A stretch of DNA of 64,000 nucleotides from Bdellovibrionales bacterium (GTDB lineage Bacteria; Bdellovibrionota; Bdellovibrionia; Bdellovibrionales; UBA1609), in assembly GCA_965219095.1 (NCBI GenBank), contig CBDCMT010000001.1:384001-448000 (forward strand), given 5' to 3'. The position numbers were made by a program, and so were the translations under genes. Shown in pieces: positions 11,773-21,038 of this stretch; the first letter of the stretch is position 1; every line of letters begins with the position of its first letter. The notes under the pieces are model-generated. The model worked only from the letters and a program-made list of their open reading frames with translations. It was not told where the DNA came from and ran no database searches.

Positions 11773-12216
11773 TAGTAGAGTCCTGCTATCGTGTATGTTT
11801 CCACTAAAAGTTTTATGAAACACTGGTATTCCTTCTTTTTGAGTTGTCACCAAACCAATTTGAATCAAAGGATTTCCACGTTTCCCATCCTTACTCTTTC
11901 CTAATTTTCCAAGCTGACATTTGCTACCATAAAGGTATGTGTTTGTAACATCGTACACTAACCCTTTTAGCTCAAGATTGTACCTTTTCTGAGCACCTTG
12001 AAATATTTTTTTCTGTAAATTTTCTGGATCACTCTCTAAAGAATCTAGAGCAGAAAGCAAACGACTCATCTAAGAAATATCCTCCTCAGTAGAAGTCAAG
12101 GGCTGTTAAGAAACCGACTTACATTTGTTGATTGTCTTGTCAAACAAGAAAATAAAAAAATCTAATTATATTAAATACTTATAATTACTGCATCGCTCCG
12201 AAATACTGAACTCAGG
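11773..12216 (-). mobile_element. IS1634-family internal fragment and left end
   Basis: YDVTNTYLYG, GKSKDGK, GNIHDSRTL; terminal GAACTCAGG. Confidence 0.8.
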
Positions 12217-12414
12217 AGAATCGTTTGAAAGAAGAACGGAAACATCACATTTATTTTAAAAACAGTCTGTTATCATAAAAGTTGCGATATTTACATCTAA
12301 ACCCTTTTCTTCAAATTTAGAGATTTTTACTTTTCTCTTATAAAGTGGATTGCCTTTTTCTAAGAGTTCTCCATAGACAGCCCACCTTTTAAATTGGCCG
12401 AAATATGATCTTCC
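12217..12414 (-). pseudogene. NYN/LabA-like (PIN-fold) domain fragment
   Basis: Manual translation: ...KFEEKGLDVNIATFMITDCF*NKCDVSVLLSNDS; in-frame stop; cut by the IS end. Confidence 0.7.
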
Positions 12415-12453
12415 GAGCCTGTAAATTAAATTGTGTAACTGATTTACAGGCTC
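12415..12453. repeat. 39-bp inverted-repeat element GAGCCTGTAAAT...ATTTACAGGCTC
   Basis: 12-bp perfect IR; the same terminus recurs at 27407, 44890, 58810 and in the amplicon copies. Confidence 0.75.
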
Positions 12454-12911
12454 ATGGAAAAATCCACTTGCCTTACCGCCTCCATTAAAACCATAGACAC
12501 TGCTGAAGCCAAGTTATAACTTCTAATACGTTCTGTATGAGGTATAGTGAGACACTGTTTTTGATATTCATGCAAAAGAATTCTGTCTAAACCTCTTGTT
12601 TCTGGTCCAAAAACAAGCCAATCTTTTTTTTGGAATTGAGCTTGAAAAACATGTCTTTTCACTTTTGTTGTAAAGAAAAAAACTCTTCTCTTATTTTCAA
12701 CTTTTTCAAACCAAGCTCTAAAATTTTCATGAACAAAAAGCTTTACATAAGGCCAGTAGTCCAGCCCTGCTCTTTTTACTTTTTTATCACTTAAATCAAA
12801 ACCAAAGGGTTTTATCAAATGAAGTTCTGAATTAAACCCTAAGCAAGTTCTACCTATGCTCCCAGTATTGGAAGGGATCTCAGGCTCAAACAAAACAATT
12901 CTAAAACTCAT
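12444..12911 (-). CDS. trmL: tRNA (cytidine/uridine-34 2'-O)-methyltransferase
   Basis: EPEIPSNTG, KRAGLDYW, FGPETRGL, RSYNLA. Confidence 0.93.
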   Translation of the reverse strand: MSFRIVLFEPEIPSNTGSIGRTCLGFNSELHLIKPFGFDLSDKKVKRAGLDYWPYVKLFVHENFRAWFEKVENKRRVFFFTTKVKRHVFQAQFQKKDWLVFGPETRGLDRILLHEYQKQCLTIPHTERIRSYNLASAVSMVLMEAVRQVDFSMSL

Positions 12912-12967
12912 TTTTAAACCCTCTACGATCTTCTAATTAACTATTTCTTCACCAATCACTAATCTTT

Positions 12968-14053
12968 TTAAAGTTCTTTATTTAAACTTTTCTTTGTAAC
13001 CAAGCCTAGCTTTTGTAATTTTTGTGCTTTATCAATTAAATTTCCCGAACCTGTTTTAAGCCTTAAAAAAGCTTGATCATAATGCTCACGGGCCTGATCC
13101 AAACCATGACCTACTGATTCTAAAGAGGTCACAAAAGAAGCGAACTTGTCATACAATTTACCTGCTTCTAAGGCAATTTCTTGACTGTTCTGTTGCTGGC
13201 TTGATAACTTCCATAAAAAATTAACACTTCTCAAAACAATCAATAAAGTTGTAGGACTTACAGGAACCACAGAAGACTTTAAGCTTTTTGTAAAAAAATG
13301 AGGGTCTTCTTTAAGAGCTAAATGGAAAGCTCCTTCTATGGGAACAAACATCAAAGTAAAATCAAAGGACTGAAGTTTTTCTGATTGATGATAAGATTTT
13401 TTGCTTAAATCTAAAATATGATTTTCTAAAGCTTTCAAAAAATCTCTTCGGTAAGCATTTTGTTCACTTTTTGCTGCTGATAAAGCTCTTTCGTAAGAAG
13501 TTAAAGAGACTTTCGAATCAATCACAACTTGCTTATTATCAGGAAGCAAAACCACAACATCAGGTTTTTGAAGTCTTTTATCTTCATCTCTCATTTTTAA
13601 GTCTTTTCCTTGAAGAATGTAATTATCGCCTTCAACAAGCCCTGCAGATTGTAAAATCTTTTCTAAAATCATCTCACCCCACACTCCTTGGCTTTTTACA
13701 TCTCCTTTAAGAGCTTTTATAAGTTTTTCCGTTTCATCTGTCATTTTTTTGTTAATTTCTGTTATATGACTTACTTCATTTTTTAAAGCAAATCGTTCTC
13801 TTGACTCTTGAGAGTAGGCCTTTTCGACTTTTTTTTCAAATTTTTCTATATTCTCTTTAAAAGGCTTTAAAATAAGATCCATACCCTCTTGAGAGCTCTT
13901 TAAATTCTTTGCCATAAATTTCTGAAAAAAATCTTCAAGTCTTTGATCTGCTACAGACTGAGCATGTTTTTTGCCCCATTTCAAGCCTATAAGAACACCT
14001 AAAACCAAACTTAAAAGACAAAAAAACAAAAGCGTCATTAAAGAATCCATCAC
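12968..14053 (-). CDS. rmuC: DNA recombination protein RmuC
   Basis: QGVWGEMILE, KPDVVVLLPDNKQVVIDSKVSL, FVPIEGAF. Confidence 0.93.
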   Translation of the reverse strand: MMDSLMTLLFFCLLSLVLGVLIGLKWGKKHAQSVADQRLEDFFQKFMAKNLKSSQEGMDLILKPFKENIEKFEKKVEKAYSQESRERFALKNEVSHITEINKKMTDETEKLIKALKGDVKSQGVWGEMILEKILQSAGLVEGDNYILQGKDLKMRDEDKRLQKPDVVVLLPDNKQVVIDSKVSLTSYERALSAAKSEQNAYRRDFLKALENHILDLSKKSYHQSEKLQSFDFTLMFVPIEGAFHLALKEDPHFFTKSLKSSVVPVSPTTLLIVLRSVNFLWKLSSQQQNSQEIALEAGKLYDKFASFVTSLESVGHGLDQAREHYDQAFLRLKTGSGNLIDKAQKLQKLGLVTKKSLNKEL

Positions 14054-14682
14054 AAAGATGCATCTTCTTGGTTTTCAGGAAGGGCTTTTTGGAAACACTC
14101 TAATTTCAGACAATGATCTTCAATTTCCACAAGTCTTTTCAAATCAGTTAAATCGATCTTAAATCGTCTTGCATTATAAAGCTGGGGAACTAAAAATACA
14201 TCAGCCCAAGTCAGATGATCTCCTAAAGAGTACTTTCCTTTAAGTGAAAGCCCTAAAATCCTCTTCTGAAAGGCTTTTAAACCTCTTGTTATCCAAAATT
14301 TGATCCATTCCTCCACATTCACACCCTCTGCCTTAAGCCTCTTTAAAACACAAAAATTCTGTAAAGGTTGTGTTCCAGAATTGATGATCTCTGACAGCTC
14401 TATGACAAGATTTTTTTTTTCAAAAGGTAGAAGGCGGGGTTTAGGGTGGATGTCTTCTAAGTAAAATAAAATGGCCATGGTTTGATTGATAACCTGATTT
14501 CCTACTACTAAAGAAGGGACTTGACCTAGAGCGTTTTGAAATAAATAGCTTTGACGTGATTGTTCTTGTCTGACAAGATGCACAGGCTTGATTTGAAAAG
14601 CAAGGTTTTTATAATGAAGAGCTATACGCACCCTATAGCTACAGGAACTTCGCCAATAACTAAAAAGAGTAAGATTTGACAT
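14050..14682 (-). CDS. maiA: Maleylacetoacetate isomerase (GST zeta)
   Basis: YWRSSCSYRVRIAL, QPLQN, LVPQLYNARRF. Confidence 0.92.
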   Translation of the reverse strand: MSNLTLFSYWRSSCSYRVRIALHYKNLAFQIKPVHLVRQEQSRQSYLFQNALGQVPSLVVGNQVINQTMAILFYLEDIHPKPRLLPFEKKNLVIELSEIINSGTQPLQNFCVLKRLKAEGVNVEEWIKFWITRGLKAFQKRILGLSLKGKYSLGDHLTWADVFLVPQLYNARRFKIDLTDLKRLVEIEDHCLKLECFQKALPENQEDASL

Positions 14683-14747
14683 ATGTATTTTTCTTTGAGA
14701 AACTTTTTTTTGTCAAGGACTTTAGAAATTTTTGTTTATAAGAAGTT

Positions 14748-15716
14748 ATGAAATTAGGAACTTTAAAAAGCTCTCATAGAGATGGCAGTCTTGTCGTAGT
14801 TAGTCAAGACAACACAGTTTATGCTCAAGCACATTCTATTGCATCCCATTTAAGAGAGGCTTTAGAACATTGGACTGAAATCAAAGATAAGCTTTTCAAG
14901 CTATACCAACAAGTCAATGAAAGAAAAGTAAAAAACCACCCTGTAAAAGAAGAAGAGTTCCATTCCCCTCTTCCTCGCAGTTTTCAATGGATCGATGGCT
15001 CAGCCTACATCCAACATATTAAGCTTGTAAGACAAGCAAGAAAAGCTCCCCTACCTGAAACTTTAGAAACGATACCTCTTGTTTACCAAGGAGGAAGTGA
15101 TACCTTTTTAACTCCTACAGAAAAAATTCCTCAAATCGATTTTGAACATGGAACTGATTTTGAAGCCGAGGTAGGTGTCATTGTGGATGATGTTCCTATG
15201 GGAATCAGTCCTCAGGAGGCTTTATCTTACATTCGTCTTGTCGTGTTAATTAACGATGTATCCTTAAGAAATCTCATCCCTGAAGAATTGAAAAGAGGTT
15301 TTGGTTTTTTACAAAGTAAACCCTCCTCCTCTTTTGCTCCTTTTGCTTTAACTTTAGATGAGCTAGGAAATGCATGGAAGAGTGGACGCATCCATCTTCC
15401 CCTCCATGTGAAATACAATAACCACTTTTTTGGAAAAGCTAATGCTAAAGAAATGCACTTTTCTTTTGGGCAGATTATAAGTCATATTGCTTATACAAGA
15501 AAGCTCTCAGCAGGTACAATTATTGGAAGCGGTACTGTGTCTAATGAAGACACCTCTCAAGGAAGCAGTTGTTTAGCCGAGAAAAGAATGTTAGAAAAAA
15601 TTAAGACAGGCCATATTATAACACCTTTTATGAAAAAAGGAGATCGTGTAAGAATTTTTATGCTTGATGAAAAAGGAAACAACCTTTTTGGCAACATCGA
15701 TCAAACAGTAACCTAA
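14748..15716 (+). CDS. Fumarylacetoacetate hydrolase family protein
   Basis: SPLPRSFQWIDGSAY, DFEAEV, NDVSLRNL, GTIIGSGTVSN; divergent from maiA. Confidence 0.9.
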   Translation: MKLGTLKSSHRDGSLVVVSQDNTVYAQAHSIASHLREALEHWTEIKDKLFKLYQQVNERKVKNHPVKEEEFHSPLPRSFQWIDGSAYIQHIKLVRQARKAPLPETLETIPLVYQGGSDTFLTPTEKIPQIDFEHGTDFEAEVGVIVDDVPMGISPQEALSYIRLVVLINDVSLRNLIPEELKRGFGFLQSKPSSSFAPFALTLDELGNAWKSGRIHLPLHVKYNNHFFGKANAKEMHFSFGQIISHIAYTRKLSAGTIIGSGTVSNEDTSQGSSCLAEKRMLEKIKTGHIITPFMKKGDRVRIFMLDEKGNNLFGNIDQTVT

Positions 15717-15741
15717 ACGAATTTATCTTAAGGAATTTTCT

Positions 15742-16314
15742 ATGCACTCCTTAGTCATTTTTGCCTCTCAATCAGGTTCTTGTTTTCAGGCTTTTATTGA
15801 CAACCGCTCTCGTATGAACTGTGAAATCAAACTCCTAGTGACAGATAAGAGAAAAGCCCAAGCTGTCAAAAGAGCTCACATACACCATATCCCCGTTTAC
15901 TTCATAGACTCAAAAAACTCTAAGGAAGATATGCTTTTAAGTCAAAAATTGAAAACTTTAAAACCTGACTTGATTTTATTGTGTGGGTTTTTAAAAAAAA
16001 TAGGTCCTGAAACTTTAGCTCATTTTAAAGGAAAAATTCTCAACATTCATCCTTCTCTTCTTCCTCAATATGGAGGAAAAGGCTTCTATGGCCTTAATGT
16101 ATTCAAAGCGATTTTAGAAAATAAAGAACCCCTAACAGGAGCTACAGTTCACTGGGTCAATGAAAACTATGATGAAGGAGAGATTGTTGATCAAATAAAA
16201 CTTCCTGTTTTGCCTAACGACACTCCTTTTTCTCTACATTCACGTCTAGCTCCCCTTGAGCACAAATTGTATTTAAATGTTGTCAAAAAAATTTTAAATT
16301 CAAAGCAAAAATAA
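15742..16314 (+). CDS. purN: Phosphoribosylglycinamide formyltransferase
   Basis: ILNIHPSLLP, GATVHWVNENYDEG. Confidence 0.9.
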   Translation: MHSLVIFASQSGSCFQAFIDNRSRMNCEIKLLVTDKRKAQAVKRAHIHHIPVYFIDSKNSKEDMLLSQKLKTLKPDLILLCGFLKKIGPETLAHFKGKILNIHPSLLPQYGGKGFYGLNVFKAILENKEPLTGATVHWVNENYDEGEIVDQIKLPVLPNDTPFSLHSRLAPLEHKLYLNVVKKILNSKQK

Positions 16315-16334
16315 TGTTTTTTTATAACATTTCA

Positions 16335-16383
16335 CGGAGACTTTAAGAGAAAATTGACTGTCCGCAGAAACAGGGGAAATTCA
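16335..16383 (-). mobile_element. Isolated IS3 left-end remnant
   Basis: GGAGACTTTAAGAGAAAATTGACTGTCCGCAGAAACAGGGGAAaTTCA matches ~10107-10154. Confidence 0.8.
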
Positions 16384-16445
16384 TGGAAAAGATCATGGAC
16401 TAATTTCAGTGCTGCTCCTTACTCGGGTTAATAATGTTGCAACCA

Positions 16446-16519
16446 TATAGTGAATACGTTTAGATTTTCCGGTCGATTCTCTAGAGAAAAAACCTGAAAA
16501 CCTAAACGGAAGCACTATA
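16446..16519 (+). mobile_element. ~74-bp IS630-derived MITE, copy 1
   Basis: TATAGTGAATACG...GAAAACCTAAACGGAAGCACTATA; near-identical to 38334-38406 and to the reverse complement of 44080-44153. Confidence 0.85.
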
Positions 16520-16576
16520 TGATAACTTGATTGATAACTTGATGCATAAAAAACCCCCTACTGATAAAATCAGGAG

Positions 16577-16604
16577 AAACAGCTTCTTTTAAAAGAAGCT
16601 GTTT
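16577..16604. terminator. Perfect 28-bp palindrome, likely intrinsic terminator
   Basis: AAACAGCTTCTTTT/AAAAGAAGCTGTTT just downstream of the 16639..17553 ORF, between convergent units. Confidence 0.65.
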
Positions 16605-16638
16605 TTTACTTTCATTTGATTGTTCTTCTAAAAGCTCT

Positions 16639-17553
16639 CTAGAAGCTATAAAGAAGACTAACCGTATAACTAACTTTACTTAATGAAAGAAATGTATCAG
16701 CCTTGTGAGTTTGTCTCCCTGCAGAAGCAAACACATCTAAAGCCATATTTTCTGTAAGAGAAAAGCTAGAGCCTCCAGAGATATCTAAAAACCCTTCTTG
16801 ACTATAAAATTCTTTTTGTGTTTCTTCTTCAGGTCTCTCAGTTTCAGAAGGCTCAGAAGGCTCAGAAGGCTCAGAAGGCTCCTGAGCTTGTTGTTCTTGT
16901 GCTCTATTTAAAGACATAGAGTAATCAACTTCTGTCCACAAAGACACTTTGTCATTCATTTTATAAGAAAATTTAATGCTGTTATCTAGTTTAAAAAATT
17001 TCTTTCCTGCATTATCTGCTAAATAATGGTAGTAGACAGGATTGATGTAGTAGGACAAAGCTACAGTCTTGTTAAGAGTTTTAACAAAACTTACCCGGCC
17101 ATAAAAAGTATGTTTTTTACTTTCACGACTTCTCTCCGATACAGGCATATAATACCTCATTTTTAAAGAAGTTTCAAGTCCTCCTGAAAGCTTACCTAAC
17201 TTACGAGAATATCCCAGATAGGGGTCTAGAAGAGTAGCTACACTTTCAAAATCTTGAGATAAATAGTTGAGTGTACTTCCAATAACGACACCTAGAGTAT
17301 CTTTTTTTGAAAGCGAATAACCCACTCCTAAGAGCTGAGCTCCTGAAAAACTATCATGAGCTAAGTTAGAACCTCCTTCTATATAATAATAACCTAAAAA
17401 AGGACTTTTCTTTTCAGGTGCAGGAGCAGTGGTTTTTGTTTTATTTGTAGTTGTGATTACTGAACTTGTTGATTTTTGTTCATTTTGTTCCTCAACAGTC
17501 CCTCCTAAAGCACTGTAGAACAAAACTAACATTATAAATAATGCTTTTTTCAT
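16639..17553 (-). CDS. Exported, probable outer-membrane beta-barrel protein
   Basis: Signal peptide, alternating aromatic beta strands, C-terminal YTVSLLYSF; (EPS)4 repeat. Confidence 0.65.
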   Translation of the reverse strand: MKKALFIMLVLFYSALGGTVEEQNEQKSTSSVITTTNKTKTTAPAPEKKSPFLGYYYIEGGSNLAHDSFSGAQLLGVGYSLSKKDTLGVVIGSTLNYLSQDFESVATLLDPYLGYSRKLGKLSGGLETSLKMRYYMPVSERSRESKKHTFYGRVSFVKTLNKTVALSYYINPVYYHYLADNAGKKFFKLDNSIKFSYKMNDKVSLWTEVDYSMSLNRAQEQQAQEPSEPSEPSEPSETERPEEETQKEFYSQEGFLDISGGSSFSLTENMALDVFASAGRQTHKADTFLSLSKVSYTVSLLYSF

Positions 17554-17798
17554 TTTATTTCTCCCTTCGTTAATTTTCTTTTTTTAGCCTTTGATGAATT
17601 TCAACTTATTTTTCCTTTTTCATTCAAAGACTTTTTTTCTTCCTTCAATTTTTCCTTAAGCTCAATTTTTTTTTTAACCTTTCAAAAATTTGGCAAAGGA
17701 AATTAAATTAAGAGAAACCTAAAACTAAAAAAAGGAAAAGAAAAGCAGTAATGCTTTGCGTTACTAGTTATGAAAAAATTCATTTAAACTAAAAACAA

Positions 17799-19445
17799 AT
17801 GCCTCAGAAAGTAAAAAAACAGATTCTTGTGACAGCAGGGCTTCCTTATGCAAACGGGCCCATTCACTTAGGGCATTTAGTTGAATATCTTCAAGCAGAC
17901 ATATGGTCAAGGTATCAAAGACTAAAAGGCCATGAGTGTCTTTATTTATGTGGTGATGATGCCCACGGAACCCCTATTATGCTTAAAGCACAACAACAAA
18001 ATATCACTCCAGAAAAATTAATTGCAAAGTATTATGAAAGACACATTGAAGATTTTACAGATTTTGAAATAGAATTCACTAATTTCTATACAACACATTC
18101 ACCCGAAAATAAAAGTTTTGTTTATCTTATTTATAAAAAATTAAAAGAAAAAAATCTTATTGAGGAAAAAAACATAAAACAGCTTTATTGTGATTATGAT
18201 AAAATATATTTACCAGATCGCTTTATAAAGGGAGGCTGTCCTTTTTGCAAAGCTGAAAATCAATACGGAGATAGTTGTGAGGTCTGTGGAGCTTTCTATT
18301 CTACCTTAGACATCAAAGAGCCTTTTTGTGTACTTTGTAACCGTCGCCCTAAAGTGAAAACATCAAAACATTTATTTTTTAAGCTCAGTCAATTTAAAGA
18401 TTTCTTAAAAGATTACGTCCCTAAACATACACAAGAGGAAGTTGCTAATAAACACAAAGAGTGGCTCAAAGACGATCTTAAAGATTGGGATATTTCAAGA
18501 GACAGTCCTTATTTTGGTTTTGAAATTCCAGAAGAAAAAGATAAGTTTTTTTATGTATGGTTAGACGCTCCTATAGGCTATATGGCCTCTTTAAAAAATT
18601 GGTGTGAGAAGAACAAGAAAAACTTTGAGGATTTTTGGTCTGAAAAAAGTGAAATTTACCATTTTATTGGACCTGATATTGCGTATTTTCATCTTCTGTT
18701 TTGGCCTTCTGTCCTAAAAGCCAGTGACCTCAAAACCCCCGACTATGTTTTTGTCCACGGCATGCTCACTGTAAACAAAGAAAAAATGAGTAAATCTAGA
18801 AACAACTTCATTACAGCACGAGCTTTTTTAAATCACATCAACCCTTTGTTCTTAAGGTACTATTATGCTTCTAAACTCAACGGAACTTGTGAAAATTTAG
18901 ATTTTAATTCCCAAGATTTTATTCTAAAAATTAATTCTGAATTCATAGGAAAAATCACCAACCTAGCTTCCAGAAGTGCTAAAATGCTTAACAAAAAACT
19001 AGACAGTCTTTTAAGCGATAAACTTTCTTTAGAAGGAGAAAAGCTTTTTAAAGCCTGTCAACTGTCTATAGATACTTTAGCCACATGTTATGAAAAAAGA
19101 GAGTTCTCAAAGGTGATTCGCAAACTAAGAGTTCTTGCGGAAGAAGCTAATCGTCATTTCGATCACACAAGCCCATGGATTACCATTAAAGAAGATCCTG
19201 AAAGAGCACGTCAGAACATTACAGACATTCTTAACGTCTTTTACTTCCTTGTCTTAAGCTTAAAACCCATTCTTCCCAGTTATGCTAAAAAAGTAGAAGC
19301 TCTTTTTAATGAAAAAGATAGTCATTGGGATGATCTATCAAAACCACATCTTTCTTGTAAAATAAATAACTTTGAACATCTAGTAAAACCCATTGATAAA
19401 AAGCAATTAGAATTAGTTTTTAAGGAAAGCCATTCAACTTTATAA
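17799..19445 (+). CDS. metG: Methionine-tRNA ligase (no C-terminal tRNA-binding domain)
   Basis: LPYANGPIHLGH, zinc knuckles, KMSKS. Confidence 0.96.
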   Translation: MPQKVKKQILVTAGLPYANGPIHLGHLVEYLQADIWSRYQRLKGHECLYLCGDDAHGTPIMLKAQQQNITPEKLIAKYYERHIEDFTDFEIEFTNFYTTHSPENKSFVYLIYKKLKEKNLIEEKNIKQLYCDYDKIYLPDRFIKGGCPFCKAENQYGDSCEVCGAFYSTLDIKEPFCVLCNRRPKVKTSKHLFFKLSQFKDFLKDYVPKHTQEEVANKHKEWLKDDLKDWDISRDSPYFGFEIPEEKDKFFYVWLDAPIGYMASLKNWCEKNKKNFEDFWSEKSEIYHFIGPDIAYFHLLFWPSVLKASDLKTPDYVFVHGMLTVNKEKMSKSRNNFITARAFLNHINPLFLRYYYASKLNGTCENLDFNSQDFILKINSEFIGKITNLASRSAKMLNKKLDSLLSDKLSLEGEKLFKACQLSIDTLATCYEKREFSKVIRKLRVLAEEANRHFDHTSPWITIKEDPERARQNITDILNVFYFLVLSLKPILPSYAKKVEALFNEKDSHWDDLSKPHLSCKINNFEHLVKPIDKKQLELVFKESHSTL

Positions 19446-19492
19446 TGGTTGAACCTATCAAACTTTACAGGTTCGCTTCACACCAAATCATC

Positions 19493-20113
19493 TCAAAGTT
19501 CCTCTTCATACTGAGTCAGGATATCTTCATAACGAAAGCGCAGAGCCTCAACTCTTGAACTTTCAAAGAAAGAAGCTCCCTTAAAAAAAATCTTTAACAA
19601 GGAAGAAATATCAAAATTAAGTTCACCTAGATCCTGATAATCTCTTTCGACTTCCTTGAGTTCATCTAAAGTTTTTTCCATTTTACCAAAAATTTTATCT
19701 TTATCATAAGAAGCCTTAGATAGATCCTCTCTATAAATAGCTTTAAAATGAGGTGATTTAACTTTAATTTCTAATTGTAATTTTTTTTCTTTATGCATAA
19801 AAAGATCTTCTTCTAAGAGCGTAAGCTTATCATGTATTTGATTGATCTTCTTTTTATTCGTACTAAAAAATAAAGAAGATAAAACACTTACCTGCGAAGG
19901 TGCTCTTAAAGAATCCACCATTTGCTTAATATCCTTAACTTGAGATTGAATACTTTTAGATAAATTGTTAACTTCTGCGATCTTGTCATCTACTGAGCTT
20001 CTTAGTGCCTCTGTCTCTTCATCATCAAATTTTTGACATCCTGTAGAGAGAGAAAAAAACAGTGTTATAAGTGTTATAAGAAAAAAATCCTTACAGATCC
20101 CTTTATTCATCAT
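19493..20113 (-). CDS. Hypothetical alpha-helical lipoprotein (probable start 20113/20110)
   Basis: MMNKG...hydrophobic...STGC lipobox; start overlaps the stop of the upstream ORF. Confidence 0.65.
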   Translation of the reverse strand: MMNKGICKDFFLITLITLFFSLSTGCQKFDDEETEALRSSVDDKIAEVNNLSKSIQSQVKDIKQMVDSLRAPSQVSVLSSLFFSTNKKKINQIHDKLTLLEEDLFMHKEKKLQLEIKVKSPHFKAIYREDLSKASYDKDKIFGKMEKTLDELKEVERDYQDLGELNFDISSLLKIFFKGASFFESSRVEALRFRYEDILTQYEEEL

Positions 20114-20768
20114 TCCTTTCCTCTTCATCTTCTTCAAAGATATCTTGTATTTCATCTACAATTTGAGAATAATAATCAATTGCCTTTTCTCTATAATTGT
20201 TTACAAAAATAAGAGCTACAAGTTCCAAAGGTTTATAAATCTCTAGTTTATCTGTCACTTTATTGAAAGCTTTATCAATTTTATCAACTTGTGATGCTAG
20301 AGCAAAACTTTCTTTTTTCAGTTTAGCTTTATAGATTCTTATTTTATCGTAGAGATCTTTATAATACTTATAAGCCACTTCTGCTGCAGCACCCTGCCCT
20401 TCTAATTTATCCATATGTTGTTTCATAACTTCTTCTAAAGCATCTAGTTCGTTATAAACATCCCTTAAAAGGACAACCTGCACTTTTAAAAAATTATCGA
20501 GCAGTCCAAAAAGACCTTTGTATTGACCCTTTTTAAGAATTTCACTTGCTCGATTTGCAATAGAATAGGGATTAAGGGCTAAAACAATCCTATCAAATAT
20601 ATCAAGAAGATCATCCGCTTTCCCCGCCACTTCAGTCACTCTTTCTTTGTTTTCAAGGGACGAAAAATCATCAGTCAGTTCAAAACCTTGACATCCTAAA
20701 AAGGTCACAGCTGAAAAGAGTATGAAGATAAGTAAACTTTTCTTGGCTTTTTTCTGTTTAATCATCAA
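20103..20768 (-). CDS. Hypothetical alpha-helical lipoprotein
   Basis: Basic N-terminus, hydrophobic stretch, FLGC lipobox; acidic C-terminus. Confidence 0.7.
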   Translation of the reverse strand: MMIKQKKAKKSLLIFILFSAVTFLGCQGFELTDDFSSLENKERVTEVAGKADDLLDIFDRIVLALNPYSIANRASEILKKGQYKGLFGLLDNFLKVQVVLLRDVYNELDALEEVMKQHMDKLEGQGAAAEVAYKYYKDLYDKIRIYKAKLKKESFALASQVDKIDKAFNKVTDKLEIYKPLELVALIFVNNYREKAIDYYSQIVDEIQDIFEEDEEERNDE

Positions 20769-20814
20769 TCTTTTTCCTTCTTAAACTTTATTGTAGCAAC
20801 ATCTATGTCAATTC

Positions 20815-20842
20815 TTTTCGGCTTTCTTTTCAAAAAAGTTTA
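20815..20842 (-). promoter_or_regulatory. Putative sigma28 (FliA)-type promoter of the lipoprotein pair
   Basis: Minus strand TAAA-N16-GCCGAAAA versus consensus TAAA-N15-GCCGATAA. Confidence 0.45.
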
Positions 20843-21038
20843 GAAAAATATCAATTTTTTAAAACTGTTTAAAAATTAGACAAATTTTTCATGTTTTAAT
20901 ATAAACATGATCGTGTAAAAATTGCTTTAAAAAGCTTTTTTATAAAATTTCTTATCCATAAAGACTTTTATTTTCAAAAAAAGATAGACTTTTGTAGAGG
21001 AAAAAAATAAGCTTTTTAATAAAATTATGGAAAAATGT

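Noticed and set aside
17554..17798. Long T-rich intergenic region as an ncRNA or riboswitch
   Set aside because: Low complexity, with no recognisable SAM or T-box motifs; explained as a divergent promoter region.
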